From NCBI GenBank assembly GCA_963826065.1, contig CAWGVP010000003.1:224264-288263 (forward strand): a DNA stretch of 64,000 nucleotides. The letters are read 5' to 3'. Positions 9,245-19,129 of the stretch are shown here, one piece after another. This stretch comes from an uncultured Gemmatimonadales bacterium. Its GTDB lineage: Bacteria; Gemmatimonadota; Gemmatimonadetes; Gemmatimonadales; GWC2-71-9. Position 1 is the stretch's first letter; every line of letters begins with the position of its first letter. The position numbers were made by a program, and so were the translations under genes. The notes beneath the pieces are model-generated. The model did not search any database and was not told where the DNA came from. It worked only from the letters and a program-made list of their open reading frames with translations.

Positions 9245-11186
9245 GGGTGGACAGGCCCACGAAGATCCCTCGGCCCCGTGCCGGGAAGCCCACACCCTGC
9301 TCGTAGCTCTCGTCGAAGAGATTCTCGACCCGCGCGGTGAGATCGAGTCCCGGCGTGCCCGGGCGCCGACGCAGAACGGTGAGGGTCCCGTCGAGGTCGA
9401 GCGTGGTGTAGGACGGCAGCGCCACCCGCTGGTTGGGTTCGGGGAACTGGCCGAAGCGCACGTCGTCGCGTGATCCGACCCAGGAAAATGTCGCGCCCAG
9501 CCGTACCCGGCCGGTGAACCCGGACTCCAGTCGGACCGCGAGGGCGTCGTCCGGCCGGCGCAGCAGCCGCTGGTCCTGGACGAACGTCGCGGCGTCACCC
9601 GAATCGAATCCCGCGTCCGTGACCTCGGAGGCCAGCCAGGTGTACGAGACCGACCCTCGCACCGGGCCGGTGGGCCGGAGGTGCAGCACCGCCTCCACGC
9701 CATTGGCGTTGGCGGCCGCGACGTTGAAGTAGTTGGGCCCGCCGGGCCGTGGCGGCACGAAGGTGAACTGGATGAGATCGCGGTACCGCTGGGCGAACAC
9801 CGTCACGCCCACGCCGACCGCCCCGTGAGCCAGGTCCTGCTCCACTCCGCCCTCGACGCTGAAGCTTCGCTCCGGCTGGAGGTCGGGATTCCCCACCGAG
9901 AACGGGCTGTCGAAGTTCTCGAAGAAGCTCGGCTCCTTGAACCCGGTGCCGACCGAGGCGCGGATCCTGGTCCCGGGAGACGCGAAGGCCAGCGCCGCTG
10001 CCCGGTAGGTCCAGAAGCTGCCGAACTTCTCGTTCCGGTCGAGCCGGCCGCCGCCGGTGAGCTGGAGCCGCGACACCGGCAGCACCGTCGCCTGCGCGTA
10101 GAGGCCCCAGTTGTCGCGCGATTCGCGGAAGGCATTGCGCACGTCCTGGCGCTGGGCCTCGAAGCTCGCCCCGGCGAGGCCGCGGACACCTTTCGGCAGG
10201 CTGAGCTGCACCCGGGCGTCGGCGGAGGTGCGATCGGTGCTGGCGTGATCGCTGCTCGCGAACGAGGGACCCGGCGGGGGGTCGGCGGGATTCTCGAAGC
10301 CGGTCTCGATGTCGCTCCGTCCCAGCAGCAGCTGGCCTTCCACCACATCGGAAAACCGGTGCGCGGCTTCCAGCGCGAACGCCGCGGTCTCGTCGGTCGT
10401 GAACTGGTTCCGGTCCACCGGCACGCCGGTGAAGTCGGTAGGAAAGTTGTACTTGGCGTCGTGATAGCGGCCGGTGAGGCTCAGCGTCGTTCGACGGCCC
10501 GCGCGGGCGCGCAGTCTGCCGCTCGCAACGGTGTTCCGGTAGTCGTTGTTGAACTCGTAGATGCCGTCGCTGGTGAGCCGTGACAGCGAGGCCGACCAGC
10601 CCACCGCGTCGCCGCCGCCCAGCGCGGAGGCCTCCCAGCGCGCGCTGCCGAAGCTGCCCCCCTCCGCGGCGGCCCCAAACCGAAGGCCGTCGCCGCCGTG
10701 GCGCGTGACCACATGAATGACCCCAGCGATCGCGTCCGAGCCGTAGAGCACACTGCCCGGACCACGCAGGATCTCGATTCGCTCGACGTTGTCGGTCGTC
10801 AGCGAAGCAAAATCGTAGAAGCCGCCGGGCTGGTTCACCGGCACCCCGTCCACCAGCACCTTCACGTAGTCGCTTTCTCCGCCGCGAACGAACAGCGAGG
10901 CGGCCGCGCCGAAGGGCCCGCCCTGGACCACGTGCGCTCCCGGGACCTGCCGGAGCGCGTCACCCACGAAATGGACGCCCTGGGCCCGCAGGTCATCACC
11001 CCGCAGCACGGTGACCGTGGACGCGACCGAGTCGGTCGCCACCGGATAGCGGGTGGCGGTGACCACGATCTCGGGGAGGGACGCGGTATCTCCCCGCTCC
11101 TGTGCGGCGAGCGCCAGGGGTGTCGCGAAGAGAACGGCCGCGAGCACGAGCGAAGCGGACGCCGGGCGTCGGCGGGAGCGGGTCAT
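9234..11186 (-). CDS. btuB: TonB-dependent receptor, BtuB-like
   Basis: Signal peptide, TonB box EIVVTATR, plug RGG…VLVDGV, RIEILRGPGSVLYGSDA, VENLFD; downstream of cobalamin riboswitch. Confidence 0.85.
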   Translation of the reverse strand: MTRSRRRPASASLVLAAVLFATPLALAAQERGDTASLPEIVVTATRYPVATDSVASTVTVLRGDDLRAQGVHFVGDALRQVPGAHVVQGGPFGAAASLFVRGGESDYVKVLVDGVPVNQPGGFYDFASLTTDNVERIEILRGPGSVLYGSDAIAGVIHVVTRHGGDGLRFGAAAEGGSFGSARWEASALGGGDAVGWSASLSRLTSDGIYEFNNDYRNTVASGRLRARAGRRTTLSLTGRYHDAKYNFPTDFTGVPVDRNQFTTDETAAFALEAAHRFSDVVEGQLLLGRSDIETGFENPADPPPGPSFASSDHASTDRTSADARVQLSLPKGVRGLAGASFEAQRQDVRNAFRESRDNWGLYAQATVLPVSRLQLTGGGRLDRNEKFGSFWTYRAAALAFASPGTRIRASVGTGFKEPSFFENFDSPFSVGNPDLQPERSFSVEGGVEQDLAHGAVGVGVTVFAQRYRDLIQFTFVPPRPGGPNYFNVAAANANGVEAVLHLRPTGPVRGSVSYTWLASEVTDAGFDSGDAATFVQDQRLLRRPDDALAVRLESGFTGRVRLGATFSWVGSRDDVRFGQFPEPNQRVALPSYTTLDLDGTLTVLRRRPGTPGLDLTARVENLFDESYEQGVGFPARGRGIFVGLSTHVD

Positions 11187-12046
11187 CGGTGGTCTCCTGA
11201 GATTGGACCGGCGGCGAGCGCGGCGAGGCGTGCGCGAAGGTCGCGCACCGCCGCGGGTGCCCGGGGACTGGGACGGTTGGACGATGATTCGGTCAGGCGA
11301 AGCAGTCGGCCGGCGCGCACCGCGGGCAGGGTGCGCCATTCCGGGCGGCGCTCGAGCCCGGGCATCTCGCTCCCGGCCAGGAGCACCACCTCGGGCCGCC
11401 GCTCGGCGATCGCCTCCAGCGCCACCGGGGCGGACGAGGCGGAGATGTCGGCGAAGACGTTGCGCCCTCCCGCCAGCTCCAGCAGCTCGCTGGCGAAGCT
11501 GCCCGCGCCGAGCACGATGACCGGCTGATCCCAGGCCAGGAGCAGAGCCCGGGTGCGCGCGGAGGCGCCGGATCCGGCCGCGCGCTCCGCGGCCAACTCG
11601 GTCTCGAGCAGGTCCGCAACCGAGTCGCCTGCGGCCGCTAGTCCGACGGCGTGCCCCAGTACCCGCGCCGCGTGCGCCACGTCGGCCAGACGGTCGGTGC
11701 GGAGGGCGAGCACGCGGATGCCGAGATCCTGGAGCCGGGAGACCGCGGCCGCGTTGCCGGACGAACCGTAGACGAGGACGAGGTCGGGCCGCGCGCCCAC
11801 GACGGCCTCGACCGACGGCGGAAACCCGCCGCCGAGACTCGGTACTTCCGCGGCGCGCGCAGGGTAGTCGCAGGCATCGCTCCGGCCCACCAGGCGGGGC
11901 CCGGCACCCAGGGCGAACAACAGTTCCGTGGTGGTCGGATTGAGCGACACGATGCGCGCGGGCACGGCCGCCTCGCCCCCTGCCGGGCGGCAGGTGGCGA
12001 GGCTACCGAGGACGAGCCCGAGCGCGAGAAGGCGAAGGCCCTTCAA
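11183..12046 (-). CDS. btuF: Periplasmic cobalamin-binding lipoprotein (helical backbone receptor)
   Basis: RIVSLNPTTTELLFALG, CDYP, RPSPR; first gene after the riboswitch. Confidence 0.8.
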   Translation of the reverse strand: MKGLRLLALGLVLGSLATCRPAGGEAAVPARIVSLNPTTTELLFALGAGPRLVGRSDACDYPARAAEVPSLGGGFPPSVEAVVGARPDLVLVYGSSGNAAAVSRLQDLGIRVLALRTDRLADVAHAARVLGHAVGLAAAGDSVADLLETELAAERAAGSGASARTRALLLAWDQPVIVLGAGSFASELLELAGGRNVFADISASSAPVALEAIAERRPEVVLLAGSEMPGLERRPEWRTLPAVRAGRLLRLTESSSNRPSPRAPAAVRDLRARLAALAAGPISGDHR

Positions 12047-12149
12047 GCACGCCGCCCATCCTCGGGGCTTCGAAGATGGGCGAATGCAGGCCGCGCCAGC
12101 GGGGCCGGAATCGCCACCGTTCCCTCCCCCGAGGGTTCACGTGGTGGCA

Positions 12150-12290
12150 CGAGCGAGAGGTCTCCTGGCTTCGGGCCCTCGCTCGCCTTCCCGGTTACCC
12201 AGTGGCGGTGCTGAGCGAGGTGGTCTGCCCGTTACAGTGGCGGGGCCGCGCCGGATTCACACCGGCTTCCGTTGGATCTCGACTCGCGTG
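12150..12290 (-). ncRNA. Cobalamin (B12) riboswitch
   Basis: Minus strand GGAAgccGGTGtgAAtCCggcgCgGcCCCGCcACTGTAA…GCCACTGG…GGGAAGG…AGCCAGGAGACCT (B12 box), upstream of btuF/btuB; ends approximate. Confidence 0.93.
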
Positions 12291-12495
12291 GATCGGTTAT
12301 ACGACGGTGCCATCTTAGGGCGCCGGCAACCCGGACGCAAGTGCGACAGTGATACCGGCATGTGAGTGCTCGTGACGGGGCGCACCGCCACTGCGGGTGC
12401 TCCGCCCGCATAGTGCTGTCCCCTGTCCCCGTCTACATCTCGCAGGCGCGTCGTCGAGGCGCCTCATGGGGACCCCGCAGTCGGAGGAGGCGATC

Positions 12496-13089
12496 ATGAC
12501 CATGCCAGACACACGGAGCGGAGGCCGCCAGGGCGCGGCCCTCGGTGACGAGCAGGCATTGCCGGGAACGGAGAATGTCGAAGGGACCGGAACGGGCTCG
12601 GGCGCCAAAGAACAGGTGCGCCAGGCCCGCGACAAGGTGGTTGATCAGGCGAAGAGCACGTTTCGTGACGCGCGCGAGCGCGCCGGATTGAAATTCAGTG
12701 AGGGCCGGCTCCAGGCGGCCGAGCAGGTCCGCGGCCTCGGCGGCGCGTTCCACCGCACCGGCGAGCAGCTGCGCAGCGAGGATCAGGCCCGCTTCGGCGA
12801 GATCGCCGACAACCTCGGGCGCCAGGTGGATCGGGTGGCGGACTATCTCCGGGAGACCGACGGCCGCACCATGGCCCGCGACGTCGAACGCCTGGCCCGG
12901 CGGCAACCGGCGCTGGTGTTCGCCGGCGCGTTCGCCATCGGCCTGGCCGCGGCCAGGTTCCTCAAGAGCTCCGATCCGGGCCTCGATTCGGAGGACGCGA
13001 ACTACGAGCGGATCCGGGCCGGCGGCGAGCCGGCGGGCCTGGGATCCGGGTTCGAGCGGGGCGCGGGAGGGTTCGATGCACCAGCTTAG
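12496..13089 (+). CDS. DUF883/ElaB-YqjD-like tail-anchored stress protein
   Basis: GGAGGAGG RBS; helical body; C-terminal RRQPALVFAGAFAIGLAAARFLK. Confidence 0.65.
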   Translation: MTMPDTRSGGRQGAALGDEQALPGTENVEGTGTGSGAKEQVRQARDKVVDQAKSTFRDARERAGLKFSEGRLQAAEQVRGLGGAFHRTGEQLRSEDQARFGEIADNLGRQVDRVADYLRETDGRTMARDVERLARRQPALVFAGAFAIGLAAARFLKSSDPGLDSEDANYERIRAGGEPAGLGSGFERGAGGFDAPA

Positions 13090-13474
13090 CCAGGAGCGCT
13101 CGATCGGCGAGCTGTTCGGGCAGCTGACCCAGGATCTCTCCCTGCTGGTGCGTCAGGAAACCCAACTAGCCAAGGGCGAAATTCAGGAGAAGATTTCCCG
13201 GGCAAGCCGGGACCTGGTTTCCTTGGCGGCGGGAGGTGTGGTTGCGCTGGTGGGCGGATTCGCTCTGGTGACGGCCATCATCCTGTTGCTGGTGGACCCG
13301 ATCGGGCTCGAGCCCTGGCTCGCGGCCCTGCTGGTCGGGGCGTTGCTCGCGGGGGGCGGATACGCGCTGCTCCGCGGCGGGCTGCGCGACCTCAAGACAT
13401 TGGACCCGGCTCCCCGCCGCACGGTGGAGAGCATCAAGGAAGACATCCAGACGGTGAAGGAGCGGCGGCCATGA
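13076..13474 (+). CDS. Phage-holin-like (YqjE-type) membrane protein
   Basis: SIGELF…LVRQETQLAKGE, two TM helices, PRRTVESIKED. Confidence 0.8.
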   Translation: MHQLSQERSIGELFGQLTQDLSLLVRQETQLAKGEIQEKISRASRDLVSLAAGGVVALVGGFALVTAIILLLVDPIGLEPWLAALLVGALLAGGGYALLRGGLRDLKTLDPAPRRTVESIKEDIQTVKERRP

Positions 13475-14373
13475 ACGAATACGAGCGACAGCCTCCCGAG
13501 GAGATCGAGCGGGAGATCGAGGCGACCCGCGAGCGGGTCAGCCAGAATATCGACGAGCTGGGCGAGCGCCTGAGTCCCGACAATCTCAAGCGTCAGGCCA
13601 AGGATGCCATCACCGGGAAGGCGCGGGATATCGCCTACAACGCCGGGGAGCGCACCAGGGAGACCGGCTTCCGCATGATGGACTTCATCCAGGAGAACAC
13701 CTCGCTGGTGGCCGCCATGGGGCTCGGCGCGGTCTGGCTGATCAAGCAGCGTAACCGCAGCGAGGTCTCCGGCGACCGGATGGCCCGGTTCGCCTACACC
13801 GGGCCCGAGCGCCGCCGCGAAGGTGTGATGGGCCGGCTGGCCGATCGTGCCTCCAGCGTCCGCGATAGCGTCCGCGAGGGGATGAGCACGACGGCCGACA
13901 ACGTCAGCCAGCGCGCCGGCGAGATCGGCGGCGAGGTGCGCGAGCGCGCGCGCGACATCGGAGTGCGGGCCAAGGACCAGAGCCGACGGGCTCGCGGGGG
14001 GCTGGAGCGCCTGGTCGAGGACAGCCCTCTGGCCGTCGCGGCCGGGGTGGCGGCCCTGGGCCTCGCGTGCGGGTTGCTCGTACCCGAAACCGAGCGGGAG
14101 CAGCGGCTCATGGGGCCGGCGCGAGACGATCTGGTTCAGCGGGCGCAAGGCACGGCGCGCCGGGTCAAGGACGCCGCGGTCGAGGCGGGCCAGGAGTTGC
14201 GTGAGTCACTTCGGGAGGAAGTCAGCGAGCGCGCGCCGGAGGTGAAGGCCGTGGTGCAGGACGCCGTCCAGTCGGTCGGCGAGCAGGTGAAGCAGCAGGC
14301 CAGCAGGGTGAAGGAGGAGGCGAAGCTGGCGGCCCGCGAGGCGCGGCCCGGCCGCGGCTCGACACCGGCCTGA
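13471..14373 (+). CDS. DUF3618 domain protein with DUF883-like anchor
   Basis: PEEIEREIEATRERVSQNIDELGERLSP; SPLAVAAG…LLVPETERE. Confidence 0.8.
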   Translation: MNEYERQPPEEIEREIEATRERVSQNIDELGERLSPDNLKRQAKDAITGKARDIAYNAGERTRETGFRMMDFIQENTSLVAAMGLGAVWLIKQRNRSEVSGDRMARFAYTGPERRREGVMGRLADRASSVRDSVREGMSTTADNVSQRAGEIGGEVRERARDIGVRAKDQSRRARGGLERLVEDSPLAVAAGVAALGLACGLLVPETEREQRLMGPARDDLVQRAQGTARRVKDAAVEAGQELRESLREEVSERAPEVKAVVQDAVQSVGEQVKQQASRVKEEAKLAAREARPGRGSTPA

Positions 14374-14380
14374 TCTCCGC

Positions 14381-16141
14381 GTGATCGGGAGGCTGCTCCG
14401 GCGGCGCTCATTCCTTTCGGACCGCGAGCAGGATCTGCGGGCCCGCGAACAGGAGCTGCTGGAGCGCCTCGCGCGCGCACTCGAAGCATTTGGACCCGAC
14501 GTCGAAGCCGCCGATCTCCAGCGGTTTCGGGAGGCCACCGAACAGCTCGCCGGGCTCTTCCTCCTGGTGATCGCCGGGGAGTTCAACTCCGGCAAATCGA
14601 GCTTCATCAACGCCCTCCTGGGAGAGCGCGTGCTCCCGGAAGGCGTGACTCCCACCACCGATCGTATCAATCTGCTCCGCCACGGCCCCGAGATCACCGA
14701 GCGGTCGCTCGAGGCCTACCTGCTCGAGCGTACCCATCCCGCGGAGCTGCTGCGGGAGCTCAGCGTGGTGGACACGCCGGGCACCAACGCCGTCATCCGG
14801 CGGCACGAAGAGCTGACCAGCGACTTCATTCCCCGGGCCGACCTGGTGCTCTTCGTCACCAGCGCCGACCGACCGTTCAGCGAGAGCGAGCGCGAGTTCC
14901 TGGAGCAGATCCGCCAGTGGGGCAAGAAGATCGTGTTCATCGTGAACAAGATCGACATCCTCGCCGGACCCGCGGAGCAGGCGGAGGTCATCACCTACGT
15001 GCGCGACAACGCCGCCGCGCTTCTCGGCGAGGCGCCGCAAGTGTTCCCGGTGTCCGCCCGCCGGGCGGTGCAGGCCAGGACCGAGGGGGCGGCCGACAAA
15101 TGGGAGCAGAGCGGGTTCGACGCGATGGAGGAGTATCTGCTCCGCACCCTCGATCAGGAGGAGCGCATCCGGCTCAAGCTGCTCAATCCGCTGAACGTCG
15201 GCCTCCGGCTGTCGGCCCGGTACAAGGAGGCCGCCTTCGAGCGGCTCAAGCTGCTGTCCCAGGATCTCGAGGCGCTCCAGAGCATCGACGCCCAGCTGGC
15301 GCTCTTCCACCAGGACATGCTGCGTGACTACGAGCCGCGATTGTCCAAGCTCGAGCTGCTGCTGAGCGAGATGGAGGGCCGGGGCCAGCGCTTCTTCGAG
15401 GAGACCATCCGGCTGAGCCGGATCCGCTCGCTGCTGGACGGCGAGGGCATCAAGCGGTCGTTCGAGCGCGAGGTGGTGGGCGACACCCCGCAGCAGCTCG
15501 AGGCGGAAGTGGGGCGGCTCATCGACTGGATCGTGGAGCGCAACCTCAAGGTATGGCAGGACGTGAGCCAGTTCGTCGACCGGCGGCGCCTGTCGCTCCA
15601 CCAGGAGGGCATGCTGGGCGAGGTGCCCACCACTTTCAGCTACAACCGGCAGGCGCTGCTGGAGTCGGTGGGGCGGGTCTCCCGCGAAGTGATCGGAGGG
15701 TACGACCGGGAGCGCGAGGCTCGTGCGATCGCCGACGAGGTGCAGGGCGCCTTCGCGACCACCGCCCTCGCCGAGGCGGGTGCGATCGGATTGGGGACCC
15801 TGGTGGTGACCGTGGTGACCGGAGCCGCCGCCGACGTCACCGGAATTCTGCTCGCGACCGCGCTCGCGGTGGGCGGGTTCTACGTGATTCCCCGGAAGCG
15901 CCGGCAGGCCCAGGCGGACTTCAGGCGGCGGATGGAGCAGCTCCGGTCCCGGCTCCGCGACGGGCTTACGCGACAGGTCCACCACGAGGTGACGCAGTCC
16001 ACTGACCGGGTCAACGAGGCCATCGCACCTTACCGGAGGTTCGTGCACAGCCAGCAGCAACGACTCAACGAAGCGCGCGGCGAGCTGGTCGCCACCGAGG
16101 ACGCGCTGCTTCGGCTCCGCGGCGAGATCGAGCGCCGCTGA
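14381..16141 (+). CDS. Bacterial dynamin-like GTPase
   Basis: GEFNSGKSS, PTT, DTPG, NKID; coiled coil plus C-terminal hydrophobic hairpin. Confidence 0.88.
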   Translation: MIGRLLRRRSFLSDREQDLRAREQELLERLARALEAFGPDVEAADLQRFREATEQLAGLFLLVIAGEFNSGKSSFINALLGERVLPEGVTPTTDRINLLRHGPEITERSLEAYLLERTHPAELLRELSVVDTPGTNAVIRRHEELTSDFIPRADLVLFVTSADRPFSESEREFLEQIRQWGKKIVFIVNKIDILAGPAEQAEVITYVRDNAAALLGEAPQVFPVSARRAVQARTEGAADKWEQSGFDAMEEYLLRTLDQEERIRLKLLNPLNVGLRLSARYKEAAFERLKLLSQDLEALQSIDAQLALFHQDMLRDYEPRLSKLELLLSEMEGRGQRFFEETIRLSRIRSLLDGEGIKRSFEREVVGDTPQQLEAEVGRLIDWIVERNLKVWQDVSQFVDRRRLSLHQEGMLGEVPTTFSYNRQALLESVGRVSREVIGGYDREREARAIADEVQGAFATTALAEAGAIGLGTLVVTVVTGAAADVTGILLATALAVGGFYVIPRKRRQAQADFRRRMEQLRSRLRDGLTRQVHHEVTQSTDRVNEAIAPYRRFVHSQQQRLNEARGELVATEDALLRLRGEIERR

Positions 16142-16163
16142 GCGCAACCGGCGGGAGAGAGCA

Positions 16164-17087
16164 ATGGCAACGGAATCAGGCGGGACCCTGCAGCTCCTCA
16201 AGGACACGTTCAAGGGCTTCAGCGAGGACGATTGCCCCACGATGGCGGCCGCCCTCTCCTACTACACGGTCTTCTCCCTTCCACCCCTCCTCGTCCTCCT
16301 CCTCACCCTGCTCGGGGCCGTGGTGGACCCCCAGGACATTCAAGGAAACATCGAGGCGCAGATGCGAGACGCGATGGGGCCGGCGGGGGCCGCGCAGGTC
16401 CGTACCATCCTGGCGAATGCCGACCGTCCGGGCGCCGGCGGACTGCTACCGACGGTGCTCAGCGTGGTGGCCCTGCTGCTGGGCGCCACGGGGGTGTTCG
16501 GCCAGCTCCAGGCGGCGTTGAACAAGGCCTGGGGCGTGGCCCCGGACCCCGCTAAGGGGGGCATCAGGACCATGCTGCTCAAGCGGGTGTTCGGTATCGG
16601 CATGGTGGTCGGCCTGGCGTTCATCCTCATGGTGTCGCTGGTGGTGAGCGCCTTGCTCTCCGCCTTCGGCGAGCAGCTCGGCCGCTACCTGCCATCGGGC
16701 CTCTCGGCGCCGGTGCTCGAGGCGATCAACTTCGCGGGCTCGCTCGCGGTGATCGGCCTTCTGTTCGGCGCCATCTTCAAGGTCCTGCCTGACGCACGGA
16801 TCGCCTGGAGCGACGTGGGCGTCGGCGCGTTGGTCACCGCGCTGCTCTTCGTCGCGGGCAAGTTCGCGCTCGGCCTGTACCTGGGCCGGAGCAATCCGGG
16901 CGAGGCGTTCGGCGCCGCGGGAGCGCTGGCGCTGATGCTCGTGTGGATCTACTACTCTTCGATGATCGTGCTGCTCGGCGCGGAGTTCACTCAGGCCTGG
17001 GCCGAGCATCGGGGCCGCGGGATCACGCCCGAGAAGGGCGCGGTCCGGGTGGTGCGGGAGACGAGACGGTTGGCGGAGAGTCACTAG
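16164..17087 (+). CDS. YihY/BrkB family membrane protein
   Basis: AAALSYYTVFSLPPLL, FKVLPD, WIYYSSMIVLLGAEF. Confidence 0.9.
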   Translation: MATESGGTLQLLKDTFKGFSEDDCPTMAAALSYYTVFSLPPLLVLLLTLLGAVVDPQDIQGNIEAQMRDAMGPAGAAQVRTILANADRPGAGGLLPTVLSVVALLLGATGVFGQLQAALNKAWGVAPDPAKGGIRTMLLKRVFGIGMVVGLAFILMVSLVVSALLSAFGEQLGRYLPSGLSAPVLEAINFAGSLAVIGLLFGAIFKVLPDARIAWSDVGVGALVTALLFVAGKFALGLYLGRSNPGEAFGAAGALALMLVWIYYSSMIVLLGAEFTQAWAEHRGRGITPEKGAVRVVRETRRLAESH

Positions 17088-17091
17088 GGGC

Positions 17092-17820
17092 GTGTCATCC
17101 CGGCTGTTCGGCCCTCCTACCGGCGCCTTTCGCTCCCGCGCTCGAATCGCCATTCGCCGTCTCAAGTCGCTCGTCGGACTCGACGTCTACCGGCGCCCCG
17201 AGATCGCGGCCGACACCGTGACTCTGGGCGCCGCCGACGGCCGCTGGTCCGTGGCCCTCGAGGGACTCGGGCCGGGCAGCGTGGTCTACGCCCTCGGGGT
17301 GGGCACCGACATCAGCTTCGAGCGCGACCTGATCGCCCGCTGCGGCGTGGTGGTGCACGCCTTCGATCCCACGCCGATCGCGCTCGACTGGGCGGCGAAG
17401 CAGGTGCTTCCCGACGGGTTCATCTTGCACGCCTACGGCGTCGCCGACTTCGACGGCACCGCGCGCTTCGCGGCGCCGAGAAAGCGGAAGTTCCCCTCCT
17501 TCAGCCTGGTTCGGGGCGACGGCGCCGGGCCGGCCGTGGAGGCCCCGGTGCGCCGGCTCGTCACCCTCACGAGCATGCTGCGGCTGCCGCCGCCGGACCT
17601 GGTCAAGATGGACATCGAAGGCGCCGAGTACTCCGTGCTCGACGATATGCTGGGCAGCGGGATCCGTCCCCGCCAGATCCTGGTGGAGTTCCACCACCGC
17701 TGGCGTGAGGTGGGCGCCCGGCGCACCCGCGACGCGCTCGCGCTGTTGGGCCGCCACGGCTATCGCATCGCGGAGGTCGCGCCGAGCGGACTGGAGTACA
17801 CGCTGCTGCGACTGCCCTGA
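17092..17820 (+). CDS. FkbM-family methyltransferase
   Basis: VYALGVGTDISFE, AFDPTP, KMDIEGAE, QILVEFH. Confidence 0.85.
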   Translation: MSSRLFGPPTGAFRSRARIAIRRLKSLVGLDVYRRPEIAADTVTLGAADGRWSVALEGLGPGSVVYALGVGTDISFERDLIARCGVVVHAFDPTPIALDWAAKQVLPDGFILHAYGVADFDGTARFAAPRKRKFPSFSLVRGDGAGPAVEAPVRRLVTLTSMLRLPPPDLVKMDIEGAEYSVLDDMLGSGIRPRQILVEFHHRWREVGARRTRDALALLGRHGYRIAEVAPSGLEYTLLRLP

Positions 17821-17840
17821 CACCCGCATCGACGGCCGTT

Positions 17841-18212
17841 ATGTTCCCGCCCATGCCCGGGACCGGAGCCGGTAACTACGCCAGGATCTACGCGGTCGTC
17901 CGCCGCATACCCCGCGGCCGGGTCGCCACCTACGGTCAGATCGCGGAGCTGGCCGGCCTGCCCGGCCATGCGCGCCAGGTCGGTTACGCGCTCCACGCGT
18001 TGCCGGAGGGCAGCACCGTGCCGTGGCACCGGGTGCTGAACGCGCGGGGGACGCTGAGCCTGCGCCGCGATTCCGGGGCCGAGATCTCCCAGCGCATTCG
18101 CCTGGAGCAGGAGGGCATCCGCTTCGACGCCGGCAGCCGGGTGGCGCTCGGCCGGCTGCAATGGCGGCCCGCCCGCCGGAAGGTTCCCCGCAGACCAAGG
18201 GCGGTCGCGTGA
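17841..18212 (+). CDS. Alkyltransferase-like protein (Atl/YbaZ, MGMT family)
   Basis: IPRGRVATYGQIA, ARQVG, PWHRV (Trp in place of the catalytic Cys). Confidence 0.88.
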   Translation: MFPPMPGTGAGNYARIYAVVRRIPRGRVATYGQIAELAGLPGHARQVGYALHALPEGSTVPWHRVLNARGTLSLRRDSGAEISQRIRLEQEGIRFDAGSRVALGRLQWRPARRKVPRRPRAVA

Positions 18213-19114
18213 TCATCCACATCCTCGGTGTCCCCATGGATCTGGGCTCCGGCCGCCGGGGCGTGGACATGGGCCCGTCGGCGATCCGGATCGCCGGGCT
18301 CGCCGACCGGCTGACGGAGCTGGGTCACAAGGTGGTGGACGAGGGCGACGTCGGCATCAGGAACATGGAGGCTCTGAAGGTGGGCGACATCAGGGCGCGG
18401 TATCTGGCGGAGATCGCCCGCGCGTCGCGCCTGGTCGCGGGGAAGGTCGAGCGGATCGTCGGCAAGGGTCATTTCCCGCTGGTGCTCGGCGGCGATCACT
18501 CGATCTCGGTGGGAACCGTGTCGGCCATCGCGGGGGCGGCGCGGCGGGAAGGGAAGAAGGTGGGTCTTCTCTGGGTGGACGCCCACGGCGACATCAACAC
18601 GCCGGAGACATCGCCCTCGGGGAACATCCACGGCATGCCCGTCGCCGCGCTGTTGGGCGAAGGGCCGCCCGAGCTGACCTCGATCGGAGGGGAGGGTCCC
18701 AAGGTAGACGCACGCAACGTCGCCATGGTGGCGATCCGGAGCCTGGACGAGGGCGAGAAGGTCCGGCTGAAGCGGTACGGGGTGGAAGTGCACACCATGT
18801 CGGAGGTGGATCGGGCCGGGATCGACCAGGTGATGAAGCAGGCACTGGCCCGGGTGTCGGACGGCACCGACCGGGTGCACGTGAGCTTCGACCTCGACGC
18901 CGTGGATCCCACCGTCGCGCCGGGGGTCGGAACGCCGGTCAAGGGAGGGCTCGACTACCGCGAGGCCCACCTGCTGATGGAGATGCTCTCGGATTCCGGA
19001 GTGATGACGTCGCTGGAAGTGGTGGAGGCCAACCCCATCCTCGACGACCGGAACGCCTCCGCGACGTTCGCGGTCGAGCTGGTGCAGTCGGCGTTCGGGA
19101 AGCGGATTCTCTGA
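18209..19114 (+). CDS. rocF: Arginase
   Basis: GVDMGP, GGDHS, DAHGD, SGNIHGMP, SFDLD, EANPILD. Confidence 0.92.
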   Translation: MIIHILGVPMDLGSGRRGVDMGPSAIRIAGLADRLTELGHKVVDEGDVGIRNMEALKVGDIRARYLAEIARASRLVAGKVERIVGKGHFPLVLGGDHSISVGTVSAIAGAARREGKKVGLLWVDAHGDINTPETSPSGNIHGMPVAALLGEGPPELTSIGGEGPKVDARNVAMVAIRSLDEGEKVRLKRYGVEVHTMSEVDRAGIDQVMKQALARVSDGTDRVHVSFDLDAVDPTVAPGVGTPVKGGLDYREAHLLMEMLSDSGVMTSLEVVEANPILDDRNASATFAVELVQSAFGKRIL

Positions 19115-19129
19115 GGCGCTGGCCCTCGA

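Noticed and set aside
12356..12370. Sigma54-like CGGCATG…TGC upstream of the DUF883-like operon
   Set aside because: GG to GC spacing is 9 nt rather than the required 10
13076..13474. Holin-like gene as evidence for a prophage
   Set aside because: YqjE-type family in a stress-operon context; no phage genes nearby
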